This document shows positions 1 through 13,035 of a stretch of DNA of 64,000 nucleotides, piece by piece. Under the pieces are notes generated by a model. The model was not told the DNA's origin and ran no database searches. It saw nothing but the letters and a program-made list of their open reading frames with translations. A program made the position numbers and the translations under genes. How positions within the stretch are numbered: position 1 is the first letter of the stretch; each line of letters opens with the position of its first letter. Location of the stretch: the NCBI GenBank assembly GCA_964016885.1, contig OZ024741.1, positions 119,288,001 to 119,352,000 on the forward strand, read 5' to 3'. The stretch is from Eledone cirrhosa (Eukaryota).

Positions 1-1048
1 AAAAGTAGATCATCTCGATCATCAGTTGTACATCCAACCCATTCCATGCTGGAGTGGATTGGATGAGACATTTTGAAGCAGAATTCTATAGTCAGATAGA
101 TGCCTTTCCTGATACCACTCCTTGCATGTCTAACAGCTGATCGATGGATTTACTCTTTACGTAGAATGTAAACAAATATTACTGTCTACAATGTCAAATG
201 ACAAGAGAGAAGAAACACACACATATACACGCACACACAATGCATTTCCTTATAGTTTACAGGTACTAAATTCACTGACAATGCATTGGTTGGCCCAAAA
301 TTCTAGTAGTAGAAGCCATGTGCCCACTCTATAACACAACAGTGGGATAGAACCCAAGTCCTTGTGGATGAGAAATGATTCTTTAACCGCACAGCCATAC
401 TAGCTCCCAGTCACTTGTTAAGGACAAAATGGTGCAGTATAAAAGAAATAAAGAAAAGGGGGGTTGATGGTAAACTGAGGACCTATGGAAACATGGAAAA
501 GGAGCATTAAATGAAGATTGTATGTGTGGTTGTGTGTATGCATATATGTGTATATGAGTGTGATAGAGTATGTTATGTACATGTGTGTGATTGAGTATGT
601 TGTTATGTACATGTGTGTGTGTGAGTACACGTATATGTGTATGCGGTTATGTGCATGGATGCACGTGTCGTGTGTGTGTGTGTATGTGTGTGTGTGTGCA
701 TGCATGTGTATATGTGTGTGTACTGACATCAAGCTTGGAATGTAATTGATTATTGCTTTGTTTCACTTCCAATTGTTGTTATTATTATTATTATTATATA
801 TTTATTTAACTTACCTTGAAGCAAATAACAAAAACAATAAATTTAAAAAAATCTGGGCCCACCCACACACAGCACACACACAAAACAGATACACAAATAC
901 ACACAGACTCAAACACATACAAAAACAGCTAGGCTCAAGCACATAAATACACACAGACTCAAACACACTCACAAACATGTACATATACACAAACAAATGC
1001 ACACTTAAAAGCACAAATAAACACACACACCCACATACATATATATAT

Positions 1049-1079
<31 letters not shown>

Positions 1080-1588
1080 CACACACATAAATATATCCCA
1101 GTTGATAGGTCATGTTGACATCGGTAACAAACCTGAGACATAAAAAAAAAAAACATCCTTTCACCAAATAGTTAATAGAAAAGAAAAATAATAAAGCCAC
1201 CTCCCACCCAAATATCTTTTCTCTGTAGCCAGCTCTATCCACGCCTTTTCTTTCACTCTCTTTGTCTGTCTCTCTCTCATAATCATTATTTCTCACTCTC
1301 TGAATGCAGCAGATAGAAACAGATCAGAAAAGAAAACTTCTTTATTCTTTATTATTTGACATTCACAGAAAATGAGAATGGAAAATAGTGAGAAATAGAT
1401 GTCAATGGTAGTTGTAATTGTGTTAGTACTGGTAGCAGCAGAAGTAGTACTGGTGGTTAGTGCTGGTGGTGGTGGTGGTGGTGGTGGTAGAAGTCTTGAT
1501 GGTGGTGGTGGTAGTGGTGGTAGTAGTAGTTGTAGTAGTAGTCTTGATGGTGGTGGTGGTAGTAGTAGTTGTAGTAGTAGTCTTGATG

Positions 1589-1620
<32 letters not shown>

Positions 1621-2359
1621 GGTGGTGGTGGTGGTGGTGGTAGTGGGTGCTGCTGCTGCGAGTATTACTATATGCTTTTGACACAACTGAGGGTCTTCCC
1701 AACCTTTTGTTTGGCACAATTTCTATGGCTGGATGCCCTTCCTATCACCAACCACTTTACAATCTGTACTGGGTGCATTTATCATGTAAGTCACCAACAC
1801 TAAGAATGGTTGTCATGCCCTTGACAAGACTGGGGAGGCCCGCCCAACTCTTTGTCTGGCATGCTTTCTATGGCTGAATGCCCTTCTTATCACCAACCAC
1901 TTTACAGCATGTACTGGATGCATTTATCATGTAGATCACCAACACTAAGGAGGCTGTCATGTTCATGACATGACTGAAGGGTCCTCCTGACCCTTTGTTT
2001 GTTTGTTTGGCAAGCTCTCTATGACTAGAAGCCCTTCTTATCACCAATAACTTCACGAAAGGAGGGGGAGCTGCCAGGAATGTGGGAGGGAGGTTGAAGT
2101 AGTGAAGTTGAGAATAACTGTTAGGGAGTGCTAATGGACTGACTACTTGCCCACCATTTTTAAGCCTTTTCACAAAGCATTAAATGAATTTAAATTTTGA
2201 AAGTATGCTATAAATATTGTAAGTTGCTACAATGCAGGTTTAACAATGAAAAGAAATTAACAACATAGGCATATAAACCCTAAGAGACGGAATAAATGTG
2301 GATAATGTTATTTATGGCAATCAAACTTGAATCAAAGTAAAATGCCATGTGAAATTTGT

Positions 2360-3310
2360 TCTAGCTTTTTACATTCAGAGTTCAAATCCTGCCATGGTTA
2401 ACTATTTTTCATCCTTCAGGGATTTATAAAATAAACTACCAGTCAAGTACTTAGATTGATACAATCAACTTTTCCTTACTCCCCAAAATTGCTGGCTATG
2501 TGCCTATAGTAGAAATCATTATTATTATTTTGCAGCATAGAATTACGGCCCTTTACATTCTGTTCTGAGTTCAAATCCCGCCGAGGTTAGCTTTGCCTTT
2601 CATCCTTATGGGGTCGATAAAATAAAGTACCAGTAATGCACAGGGGTCGATTTTATCAAATTTCCCTTTCCCACCAAAATATTGTTAGCCTTGTACCTAA
2701 ATCAAAAACCATTATTATACGGGGTCGATAAAATAAAGTACCAGTAATACACTGGGTAATTGCTGGCCTTTGTGCCAAAAGTAGAAACAATTATTATTAA
2801 AGGCAGTGGATTGAAATATTGGTAGCGTGTTGGACAAAATGTTTGACGGTATTTAGTTACAACTTTCTACATTCAGTGTTCAAATCCTGTTGAGGTCAAC
2901 TTTACCTTCATCATTCCAGCATCAATAAAATAAAGTACCAGTAAAGTAATAGAGTCAATATAATTGACTTTCCCCTTCCCCTGAATTGTTGGTCTTGTGC
3001 CAACATTTGAAAGAATTATTATTAAATAATTTTTTTTATTATTATTCAACCTCAAATATTTTTCTATAACTCCACCACTAATTTTTTAACATTTCCTGTA
3101 GTTATATGGATTTTGTGTGGCAGAATCATTAGAGAATCAGACAAAATGCTGCATGGTATTTCTTTAATCTGCTTTTGGTCAACTTTGCCTTTCATCCTTC
3201 CGGAATAAAATAAAATAAAATACCAGTTAAGTACTAGGGCGATATAATCAACTTTCCTCTCTCACCAAGTTTCTGGTCATATGCCTAAATTTGAAATCAT
3301 TATTATTATT
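2360..3310 (+). mobile_element. Cluster of 4-5 diverged or partial tRNA-derived SINE copies (Deu/Nin-domain-like core)
   Basis: Repeated GAGTTCAAATCC (B-box)...AACTTTGCCTTTCATCCTTxxGGGGTCGATAAAATAAAGTACCAGT...TTGCTGGCCTTGTGCC...GAAA ending in an (ATT)n tail. Boundaries are approximate. Confidence 0.75.
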
Positions 3311-3574
3311 GTTGCTGTTAGCATAATTGTTGTTATTATTTTTCTGGATTTTTCCCCTTCTTTTTGTTGGTTTTTATTTTTTAGCTTTTCAAAATTGCAA
3401 GTAAATTAAATAAATTTCCAGGCATTGTTGTTATTTGGGGAAACCAAATACAAGACAACACACAAACAAAAAAATATTCTTTCCAGTTGAAACCTTGATA
3501 TAATTATTTAAAAAGAAAAAAAAAAAAAAAAAAATCATCTGAGTTTTTAGTAGAATACTGCCAGATCTTGGAGC

Positions 3575-4032
3575 ATTATTTCCTTAGCGAAATGAAAGTT
3601 TCAAGAATCCAGAGTTTTGTTTTGTTTTTTCCTCTTGAAATCTCTCCAAATTTGCAACCATTTTCCTCGTATATCAAAGGAAACAGAAGAAACTGCACCC
3701 AATGGAAAACAAATTGGCAGTATGGGTAGAGGGTCGGACGCCATGCTTTCTAGCATAGTTACGTCTCTTTACAGACTGAGTTCAAATCCCACCGAGGTTA
3801 ACTTTGCCTTTCATCCTTACGGGGTCGATAAAATAAAGTACCAGTAATGTACTGGAAAATTGCTGGCCTTGTGCCAAATGTAGAAACAATTATTTCCTTA
3901 GCTAAATGAAAGTTTCAAGAATCCAGAGTTTTGTTTTGTTTTGTTTTTTCCTCTTGAAATCTCTCCAAATTTGCAACCATTTTCCTCATATATCAAAGGA
4001 AACAGAAGAAACTGCACCCAATGGAAAACAAA
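3575..4032 (+). repeat. ~140-bp direct duplication (3575-3713 and 3889-4032) flanking the SINE
   Basis: ATTATTTCCTTAGC...CCCAATGGAAAACAAA occurs on both sides, differing by 2 substitutions and one GTTTT indel. Confidence 0.9.
3714..3888 (+). mobile_element. tRNA-derived SINE (same family), complete copy
   Basis: TGGCAGTATGGG A-box-like head, GAGTTCAAATCC B-box, core GCCTTTCATCCTTACGGGGTCGATAAAATAAAGTACCAG, tail TAGAAACAATTATT. Confidence 0.8.
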
Positions 4033-4876
4033 AAGCAAAACAAGCAAAACAAGCTAAACTATTTTCTGACTATGTAGACTATGGAGACCCCTTGTTTTAT
4101 GTTCCTGGATAGATATATGTTGTTCTTTTTTGTCATGTTTGTTTACATATTTAATTTCTAATACAGACATGGCTGTATGGTGAAGAAGTTTGCTTCATAA
4201 TTTTGTGGTTTGAGTTCAGTCACATTGCATAATATCATGGGTTGACTAATGCCTTGTAAGTGAAATTTGGTAGACGGGAATTGTGTGTGTGTGTATCTGT
4301 GCATGTGTGTGTATGTGTCCATAGTATTGGTGCATATGTATTAGTGTTGGGGTGTGTGTGTATGCAATGTTGGTACATGCATGTACATGTGTAAGTGTGT
4401 GTATTTCCACATGCATGTGTGGTTGTACATGCACATGTGTGTGTATGTGTGAATGCATGCATGTGTTTGTTTGTCTCTTCTTCCCTCTCTTCCTTCTACA
4501 CTGCAGCTGGTGATATTTGTATACATTCTGTATAAACAGAAGTACCACTGCTTGGCTGGGTCCCAGACATACAAAAAACATACCTAACATACAAAAAACA
4601 GATGAGGGATAGCACCAGGAAAGACATCCAGCTGTTGAAATCTGCCTCAAGAAAGTTTCACCAAACCCATGCCAACATAGAAAAAGTAACAAGAAACTGG
4701 TGATGATGATGATATATGTATAGAATCATCTAAAAATAAGGCCACCCATGATATAAGTAAACATACTGGGGATTTTACAAGCACAACCAAAGTACCCTTC
4801 CACTGTCTACAAGACAATTTATATAAACTAAAAGCTGGACTACCTATGCGTTCCTCCATAGGGTCTGCATTCACAG

Positions 4877-4923
<47 letters not shown>

Positions 4924-5006
4924 GGTTGTGCTGATGACAGGACAAAAAGCACCCAGTCTAACTTGTAAAATGGTTGTATTGGTGACACGACAAAAGTTAG
5001 ACTGAC

Positions 5007-5325
5007 ATTTTACATCCGCTTTTCCCTGCTTGCAAGGGTGGGACGGGAACTGATTCTAGCTTGATTTCTACAGCTGGATGCCCTTCCTAACACCAACCTC
5101 ATTTACAGTGAGTGCTGGGTGCTTTTTTGCCGTGGCACCTCCACGACCACTTTGCAGTGGAATGATAGGGACCCCAGTCCCTATGATCTCATTTCTACAG
5201 CTGAGTAAACTGGAGCAATGTGAAATAAAGTGTCTTGCTGAAGGAAACAACACATCACCCGGTCTGAGAATTGAACTCACAACCTTTCGATTGCAAGGCC
5301 AATGCTCTAACCACTAAGCCATGTG

Positions 5326-5329
<4 letters not shown>
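5007..5329 (-). mobile_element. tRNA-head SINE with CORE-like middle and RTE-derived 3' tail
   Basis: Minus strand has TGGCTTAGTGG (A box), GAGTTCAATTC (B box) and TTCCTTCAGCAAGACACTTTATTTCAC. The 3' half is near-identical to the 3' UTR of the RTE-B LINE at 18.6-18.8 kb. Confidence 0.8.
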
Positions 5330-5416
<87 letters not shown>

Positions 5417-5538
5417 GAGGTGAGTTTTATTGTAGTACAATAAAGCAATGCAGATATCGGATAAGAAGCACTCTACAGTTTGTAGGACTGGAGTATACAT
5501 AATATATAAGATCAAAAGATGGTTAAATGAGTTCCATG

Positions 5539-5609
5539 TATTTTATTATGCGCATTTCAAAAACAAATATCATCATGCAATAATATTTGTGTTTTCATCA
5601 GATAAAATA
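5539..5609 (-). ncRNA. Type I hammerhead ribozyme, inverted copy
   Basis: Reverse complement of the 5660-5727 motif, with 3 extra nt in loop II. Confidence 0.8.
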
Positions 5610-5659
5610 GGAAGACAGCACTATCCACAAGTGTTTTTAACCTTCATATCATGTCTTCC

Positions 5660-5727
5660 TATTTTATCTGATGAAAACACAAATATTATTGCATGATATT
5701 TGTTTTTGAAATGCGCATAATAAAATA
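5660..5727 (+). ncRNA. Type I hammerhead ribozyme with minimal palindromic stem III
   Basis: TATTTTAT-CTGATGA-[AAACACAAATAT..ATATTTGTTTTT]-GAAA-TGCGCA-TA-ATAAAATA: 8-bp stem I, 12-bp stem II with 1 mismatch, intact core. Confidence 0.8.
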
Positions 5728-5755
5728 CATGGAACTCATTTAACCATCTTTTGAT

Positions 5756-5832
<77 letters not shown>

Positions 5833-5947
5833 GCATGTATCGACAGTCGATCGACTTTTTTTTTGTCAAATCGGACCGAGGAAACGATGTTTCCAGTGGT
5901 CTTTCTAATTGCTAATACTCTCTATCGGTCGCAACTCCAGGTAGAAG

Positions 5948-6066
5948 GAGCAATGTGAAATAAAGTGTCTTGTTCAAGGACATAATGCATCGCCTGGTCC
6001 GGGAATCGAACTCACAACTTCACGATTGCGAATCCAATTCTCTAACCACTCAGCCACACGCCTCCA
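5948..6066 (-). mobile_element. tRNA-derived SINE head (3' part missing)
   Basis: Minus strand TGGCTGAGTGG...GAGTTCGATTCC followed by TGTCCTTGAACAAGACACTTTATTTCAC. Confidence 0.7.
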
Positions 6067-6215
6067 CATATGCATGTGTGTATGTATATATATTAGTGGG
6101 TATATGTAAGCCATATATATGTACAAGCACACTAGTAAATGAGTCACACCCCCATTTTGTAACCTACACCAGTATGGAAAAATAAACACAAAACTGTTGA
6201 TGGTGGTGAAGATGG

Positions 6216-6250
<35 letters not shown>

Positions 6251-6677
6251 GTGATGATGATGGTGGTGATGATGGTGGTGGTGATGATGGTGGTGGTGAT
6301 GATGACAGCAGTGACGATGATGGAAACAGCTGCAGGTTAAAGTCAACTGATTTTTACACAAATCTTAACTGGGCTGATGATAAATTTTGTCAAACAGGTT
6401 ACATTTATATATATCCACTTTCCCCTCAAAAAATTGGTATTTATGTAATAATTCAATGTAGATCTTCTTGAGAGATGGTTTTAATTAAAATGTCACTCAG
6501 ATTCTTTAGATACTATAAAGAGGCAGAAGTGAAGAAAACCAACTGTGCAAGTGTGAGTATATGTCTGAGTGCATGCACATGTGTATATGTGTATTTATAT
6601 CATATATACCTAATATAAGTAATGCAAGCATGGAAAAATGAACGTGAAAGGCTAATCTGTACATATATATGTGTGTG

Positions 6678-6720
<43 letters not shown>

Positions 6721-6824
6721 CGTGTGTGTGTGTGTTCAGGATATAAAGAGAGATTATAACTTGAATACAAATGGTTACATTAATAATATGTGAGAAATAA
6801 ATAGAAGTTTTTTTTGGTGCGTTT

Positions 6825-6866
<42 letters not shown>

Positions 6867-7650
6867 GTGTGTTTGTGTGTATATATGCATATATATAGGT
6901 ATATATGCATATATATAGGTATATATGCATATATGTGTACATCATCATCATTTAACAATTTTTCCATGCTGGCATCACACACACACACATACACACACAC
7001 ACACACATACGTATATATATATATCATCATCATACATCTATCTTCTATTTTTGCATGAGTGAGACAAGCTGTCATGTTCTGAGGCTAGACAGGTCAGATT
7101 GCAGTGATTTGCTTGCTGGTGTCACAATAAAATGCACCCAGTACACTCTGTAAACTGGTAACAACCAAATCATGTAGCAATATAGCTAAGCGTACATCAC
7201 CACTTAGTATTAAAACTTAAACTATATACGTTGTCAACAACTTACAGCACAACCCAAGGAGGGATTATTTTCTCTCTTTTTGTGTGTGTACAATGTTGAA
7301 AGTTTAATTTAAAAATACATATTTGTAAGTGAATTGTGGAACTGGTTTCATCTGCAAGACATCTCTCTCTCCCTCTCTGATATATTTAGAATCAATAAAA
7401 TGAATTGGAAAATATGTACAGAAATCCATCAACCTAGCCGTATTTTTTCCCTTGTGCTAATTCTTCAGACAGTTACCAAAGTGGAGAGGAAGGAGAAGAA
7501 GGATATTTTTTTGTTGGATGATGTGGTAAGGGTGAGGGTTCATTTGTTTTTATCCTCTTCACCACCACCTCGTCCTCTCCATTATCAATATCTTACAATT
7601 TTCTACTGTTGCTTTACACTCTCATCTTTATAATAATAGAGTTAATGACA

Positions 7651-7857
7651 AATAATAATAATAATGATAATAATAATAATAATTGTTTCTACTTTAGGCA
7701 CAAGGCCAGCAATCACCCAGTGCATTACTGGTACTTTATTTTATCGACCCCGTAAGGATGAAAGGCAAAGTCAACCTCGGCGGGATTTGAACTCAGATCA
7801 TAAAGGGACGTAACTATGCTGGAAAGCATGGCGTCCGACCCTCTACCGATACTCCCA
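7651..7857 (-). mobile_element. tRNA-derived SINE (Deu/Nin-like family)
   Basis: Reverse complement of the 3714-3888 family, with an (ATT)n tail. Confidence 0.8.
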
Positions 7858-7869
7858 TAATAATAATAA

Positions 7870-8015
7870 CTAGCAGAATGACTCGGCGTTGCTCGGGATT
7901 TGCTCTAGGGTTCTTATATATTTGATATATATTTATCCTTATCGAGGCTCGTGAAATAAATACGGTTGTTTATATTTTGTTATTGTGTATGCAAAAATAT
8001 CTGTACACGAATATA

Positions 8016-8051
<36 letters not shown>

Positions 8052-8166
8052 TAACAGATTAAAGTTTAAGCAAAGAATCGCTGCTTTCACCCTTAACGGG
8101 ATCTTCTGCGTTCACAGATTGATTTTTTTAGTTTCAGAAGTTAATATTTCTAAAAATGTTACACAC

Positions 8167-8205
<39 letters not shown>

Positions 8206-8527
8206 TATATATACATATGTACACACACACACACATATAGCGTCATAATGCCATAATGCAGACAGCCAGACATACAGACAGATATTATAAGGGCGCAACG
8301 TTATATCTATGTATCTATCTAAAAAGAAAAACTAAGAATTATAGAGAGAGATTGCTAAATCGCGTAATGCAGTCCCTAGGGCATTGAAAATTTGGAATTT
8401 TTTTTTTGCTCAAAACACTCACACGACCATATGTATTACATGTGTAAAGTTTGAAAACAATCGGTTGGGTGGTTCTCGAGTTTTAGGGAGTCAGACAGAC
8501 AGACATTTTCTGTTTTAGATATATAGA
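7870..8527 (-). mobile_element. Non-autonomous Helitron (~658 bp)
   Basis: Minus strand starts TC (A|TCTATATAT) and ends CTAG|T, with a subterminal GC hairpin CCCGAGCAACGCCGAG 8 nt before CTAG. It is inserted at an AT site with no target-site duplication and has internal (CAGA)n. Confidence 0.75.
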
Positions 8528-8708
8528 TAATAATAATTGTTTTTACTTTTTGGCACAAGGCCAGCAATTACCCAGTACATTACTGGTACTTTATTTTATC
8601 GACCCCGTAAGGATGAAAGGCAAAGTTAACCTCGGCGGGATGTGAACTCAGACCGTAAAGGGACGTAACTATGCTGGAAAGCATCCAACTCTCCACCAAT
8701 ACTGCCAA
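8528..8708 (-). mobile_element. tRNA-derived SINE (Deu/Nin-like family); further partial copy at 8858-8956
   Basis: Same core CTGGTACTTTATTTTATCGACCCCGTAAGGATGAAAGGCAAAG as read on the + strand. Confidence 0.8.
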
Positions 8709-11700
8709 TCTACCGCATAGTAATAATAAAGTTGAGAATAATTTATTATTATTATTATTATTATGAGAGAAAATTATGTGAAAAGAAGGAGTGGGGGAAA
8801 AAGAAAGTAAGGGAAAGAAAGTGAAAGAAGGAAATACAGAAAAAAAAAAGATGAAATAATTGTTTCTACTTTTGGCACAAGGCCAGCAATTACCCAGTGC
8901 ATTACTGGTACTTTATTTTATCGACCCCGTAAGGATGAAAGGCAAAGTTAACCTCGATGAAATAATGATACAAAGAATGAAAGAAAGAAAAATGGAAAAG
9001 AGAGATAGAAAGTCACTAAGAGGAACAATGAAAGAATGAGAGGGTGAGGAGGGAGAAGAGAGGGAGGAAGAGAGGGAGGAAGAGAGCAAGGGAGAGAGAA
9101 CTGAAGAGGTAGCCTTTGTTAATCAATATTTTTGCAACTGAATATACTAATGTTAAACACAGAGTGAGAGAGAGAGTAAAGAAGAGAGAAAGGAGAGATA
9201 ATAGAAGAGAGAGGGGGAGTGAACACACACACATACATACATACACACATATATATACACACATATATATATATATATACACACACACATATATATATAT
9301 ATATATTCCTTTATTCTTTTACTGGTTTCCCTCATTGGACTGGCACCAAAGGGTTTGTTGCATTCTATCTGTCTGTCTGTTATTGACTGATCTCTCATCT
9401 CTACAGAACATATCAAAGACACAATATAGAGGTATTAACAACTATTTCAATAGACAACGGCAGAATGTCAGACAAACTGCTAAGTAGAGAGGAACAGCAT
9501 TAAATATTTCAATGGAACTTTCTTACCAAAATCCTTATTTGTGTGTATTTGTGGGTGTGTGAGGTGATAGTGGGTATATGTGATTATGGGGATTCTATGT
9601 GTGTGTTTGTGAGTGAGGGGGGAATTGTCTGTGTATGGAAGGAATTGTGTGTATATGTGTGTATGGGGTAACTATGCGTGTACTTGTGGATTGTGAGGTG
9701 ATAGTGTGTATGTGTTTATGGGGGAGGGGTCTATGTGTGTGCTTGTGAGTGGGGGAAAACGTATGTGTATGGGAGGAATTGTGGGGAAATTATGTGTATA
9801 TGGAGGTGTCTACGTGTGTGTTTGCAAATGATTGTCTGCATGGGTGTTGTGTGTGTGTGCATGTCTGTTGGGGATTGTGCATATCTGTGGGGTGCTGTGT
9901 ATGTGTGCTTATATGTAGGTGTGTGTGTGTGTGTGTGAATGTGTTTCCACTCATCTATATGGGTGTGAGATGATATGGACCACATTCAGTCAACAAATTA
10001 ACCTATTAGCAATTAAACCAGTCACATCTGGCCAACATTTCCACCCTTTTTCTGTTCAAAATGGCCATAACCAGCCACTCATGCCAGCATTAAGATAGCA
10101 TTCTCAAAATAAACAAAATCTTGGTAGATTTGAGATTATATGAGGTAAAACCTTTACCATGGTAAAGCCTTTACCATGAACATACAATAGTGAATATACA
10201 GTAATGTCAATGCTCTAAGGGTTAAAGGTATTTGAAAGTTTTAACACCCAGTGTCTCCAGATCATCATTTCAGTCCCCTGACAAGATAGTATATTACATA
10301 CAGAGAAAGCCTTTCAAATATTTATGTTAGCAGCATGGAATAAACACTATAGAGATGACAACTGAAATGGCTTCAACATGTTGCTGCTGCTGTTATTGTT
10401 ATGGCTCGTGCTTATATAGGTTTAGCTGGCCTTCTGTGAGGTTGTATCTCAGGTGTTTTAATGACAGGGACCCCAATTTAATCATGTCTGATTTGCATCT
10501 CCACCTCACAATAAGATCGTTTACAGCTAACTATGCCATGGTCATCCACAACTGGAAGGAAAAAAGAAGCATTTCAAAGACAGCCAAAGACCACTTTCAA
10601 GAAGAGTAACAGAGACCTTTCAAAAGTGAAAGGAGTCACCATCTGCTGTTGATTTTGATGTTCTCATTGATGGCGGGACACTGACAATATGGAGAAGTAC
10701 ACACATTACTAAGACAAGAAATGTTCCACACAGGAATACAAACACCAGCGAAGTACCTCAACCATGAAATTAGAAGCAGGCAGGTTACAAGTTACATATG
10801 AGAGATTCTTGTTTTATATGACATACCATGTGGAGGTTCTCAGCTCTCCTCCTCCATTAGAAACATGTTAATTTGCTCCACATGGGAACAAACACCAGAG
10901 AAATACCTCAACCACAAGATTGGAAGCAGGTAAGTTACCAGTCACAGGTAAGTGATTCTTGTGTATAAGTCATACTATATGGAGGTTCTCAGTTCTCTTT
11001 GTTAATTTGCTTCATGTGGGAACACCAGAGAAATAGCTCAGACATGAGATTGGAAGCAGGCAGGTTACATGTGACTTATACACATGTAAATGGCTCTCCC
11101 ATGATGTACTTGTTTTAGTTTGAACACACCAATCTCAGATCAAGTTCAATTATGTCATAGCTTTTTCATGAAAAAAATATATAAATACATATGATAAAAA
11201 TTATGTAAAACCCAGCAGGTAACTAATTTACTAGACCTTATATGTGTGTCAAGGACTGGAGTGTAACATATTTACTGGACCCACAAAAGGACTGAGGTAT
11301 GTCTTATTTACTGGATCTACAAGAGGTTATATGTATGTCAAAGACTGAGCCAAGAATTTTGAATGTAAAGTGTGACTTATACAGATGAATATATGGCAAA
11401 TGCAATTTACTTTTCACAAAGCACACTATATAGTAGTTGTAGTAGTAGTAGTAGGGGGGGGGGGGTATAACAGCAGCAGCATTAACCCTCACCCTATGAT
11501 AGACATTATGAATTCATAGTGGCCAAGAATTAAGCAGTATATCATCTAAATCACTGCTCCTCTTTGTTTAACTAGAAACACACAAAGTATAGATGGATGT
11601 AGATGAAGACGTATGAATAGATAATGGAAAGAAATATTGCTATAAGTTCTTCAAAATTGAGTGAAGAGTATTCTACAATATAACATGTCCTTTATACATG

Positions 11701-12054
11701 TCCACACTCATACACAAACGTACAAATACAGACACATGCACAAACACATATTTATAGGAACAAGCTTCTATTCATGATAAAATGTCACACAGATTTCCTA
11801 AGAAATAACATGCTATCCTTTTTATCTCTTCATCTAAGGCCAGTAACCATGTAAAAAAATAAATCTCTTCTTTCACTTGTCACTTTTTTCATAAATTAAT
11901 CCTTTTGTTACTGTTTTTCTAATGAAAGACACCGCCTGTGATTTTCAAGTCATTTTGAACATAATCAAGAATTTGGAGGGATTTAATTAAATATCTATAT
12001 TTCTCATTTTTAAGCTGGTATTCGGATCATAACTTAAAGGTTCTCAGATAAAGT

Positions 12055-12243
12055 AATAATTGTTTCTACTTTTGGCACAAGACCAGCAATTATCCCAGTG
12101 CATTACTGGTGCTGCTTTATTCTATCAGCCCTATAAAGATGAAAAGCAAAGTTAACCTCGGTGGGATTTTTAACCCGGACCGTAAAGGGCCGTAACTCTA
12201 TGCTGCTAAGCATGGCGTCCGGCCCTCTATCGATACTGCCAAT
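12055..12243 (-). mobile_element. tRNA-derived SINE (Deu/Nin-like family); another diverged copy at ~25680-25815
   Basis: TTGTTTCTACTTTTGGCACAAG...GATGAAAAGCAAAGTTAACCTCGGTGGGATT...GATACTGCCAA. Confidence 0.75.
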
Positions 12244-12978
12244 CCATGGAAGGTATTTAGTAGATAAATATGAACACTTTAAACCTTCCATATATTTCTA
12301 ATGAAAGAAACTGCCAGTGAAAAATTTACAGCCTGCACCTATGCAAGTCTAGCTGGCCTTTTATATTGTTAGTCCTCTAATGAATGTCTGTGGCTTCATG
12401 GTTAGGGTATTTGGCTCAGAATTGTAAGTTTTTTGTGTTTGATTCCCAATGGTGCATTATGTCCTTAATCAAGGTAGTATAGTTCACATTTCTCCCACTC
12501 CAGTCCACCCAGCAGGAAAAAATTAGTTGAGCTTTTAATTCAAAGGACCAGCCATGTCACACATATACTATAACATACTGAATTTCCTAGTGAACTACAT
12601 TAAGGTTACACATGTTTGTGGAATACTCAGTCACTTGCACATTAATTTCAAGAGCAGGCTGTTTTGTTGAAACATTTATCAGAACCAATAGATGTTGCAC
12701 TCACACATACACACACACCATAATTATCATTACCATTTGATGTTTATTTTTCATTCTTGCATAGGTTAGGTTGGTTTACACCTACCGAGGTTAAACTGGC
12801 TGAGTGACCATGTCTTGCTAGTATGCTTTGGTTTTGGCTTGGCTTCTCCAACTGAAGACTCTTTCCTAATGCCAACCACTTTACAGAGTGGGTTGGGTGC
12901 ATTTTATCATGGCACCAGCACTAAGGAGGTATTGATGGGAGTGGGGGCTTTTACCACCGTGGGAGTGGAAGCATTGGG

Positions 12979-13035
<57 letters not shown>

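Larger units (their letters stand above)
5416..5763. mobile_element. (TA)n-flanked fold-back module, probably an inverted pseudo-LTR remnant of a Penelope-like element
   Basis: Arms 5503-5617 and 5652-5763 are reverse complements (one 3-nt indel) with a 34-nt spacer. There is a unique extension at 5416-5502, and each arm holds a hammerhead motif. Confidence 0.75.

Noticed and set aside
5255-5329. tRNA genes at SINE heads (also ~6000-6066 and ~16610-16680)
   Set aside because: A and B boxes are present, but there is no complete acceptor stem and each continues into a SINE body.
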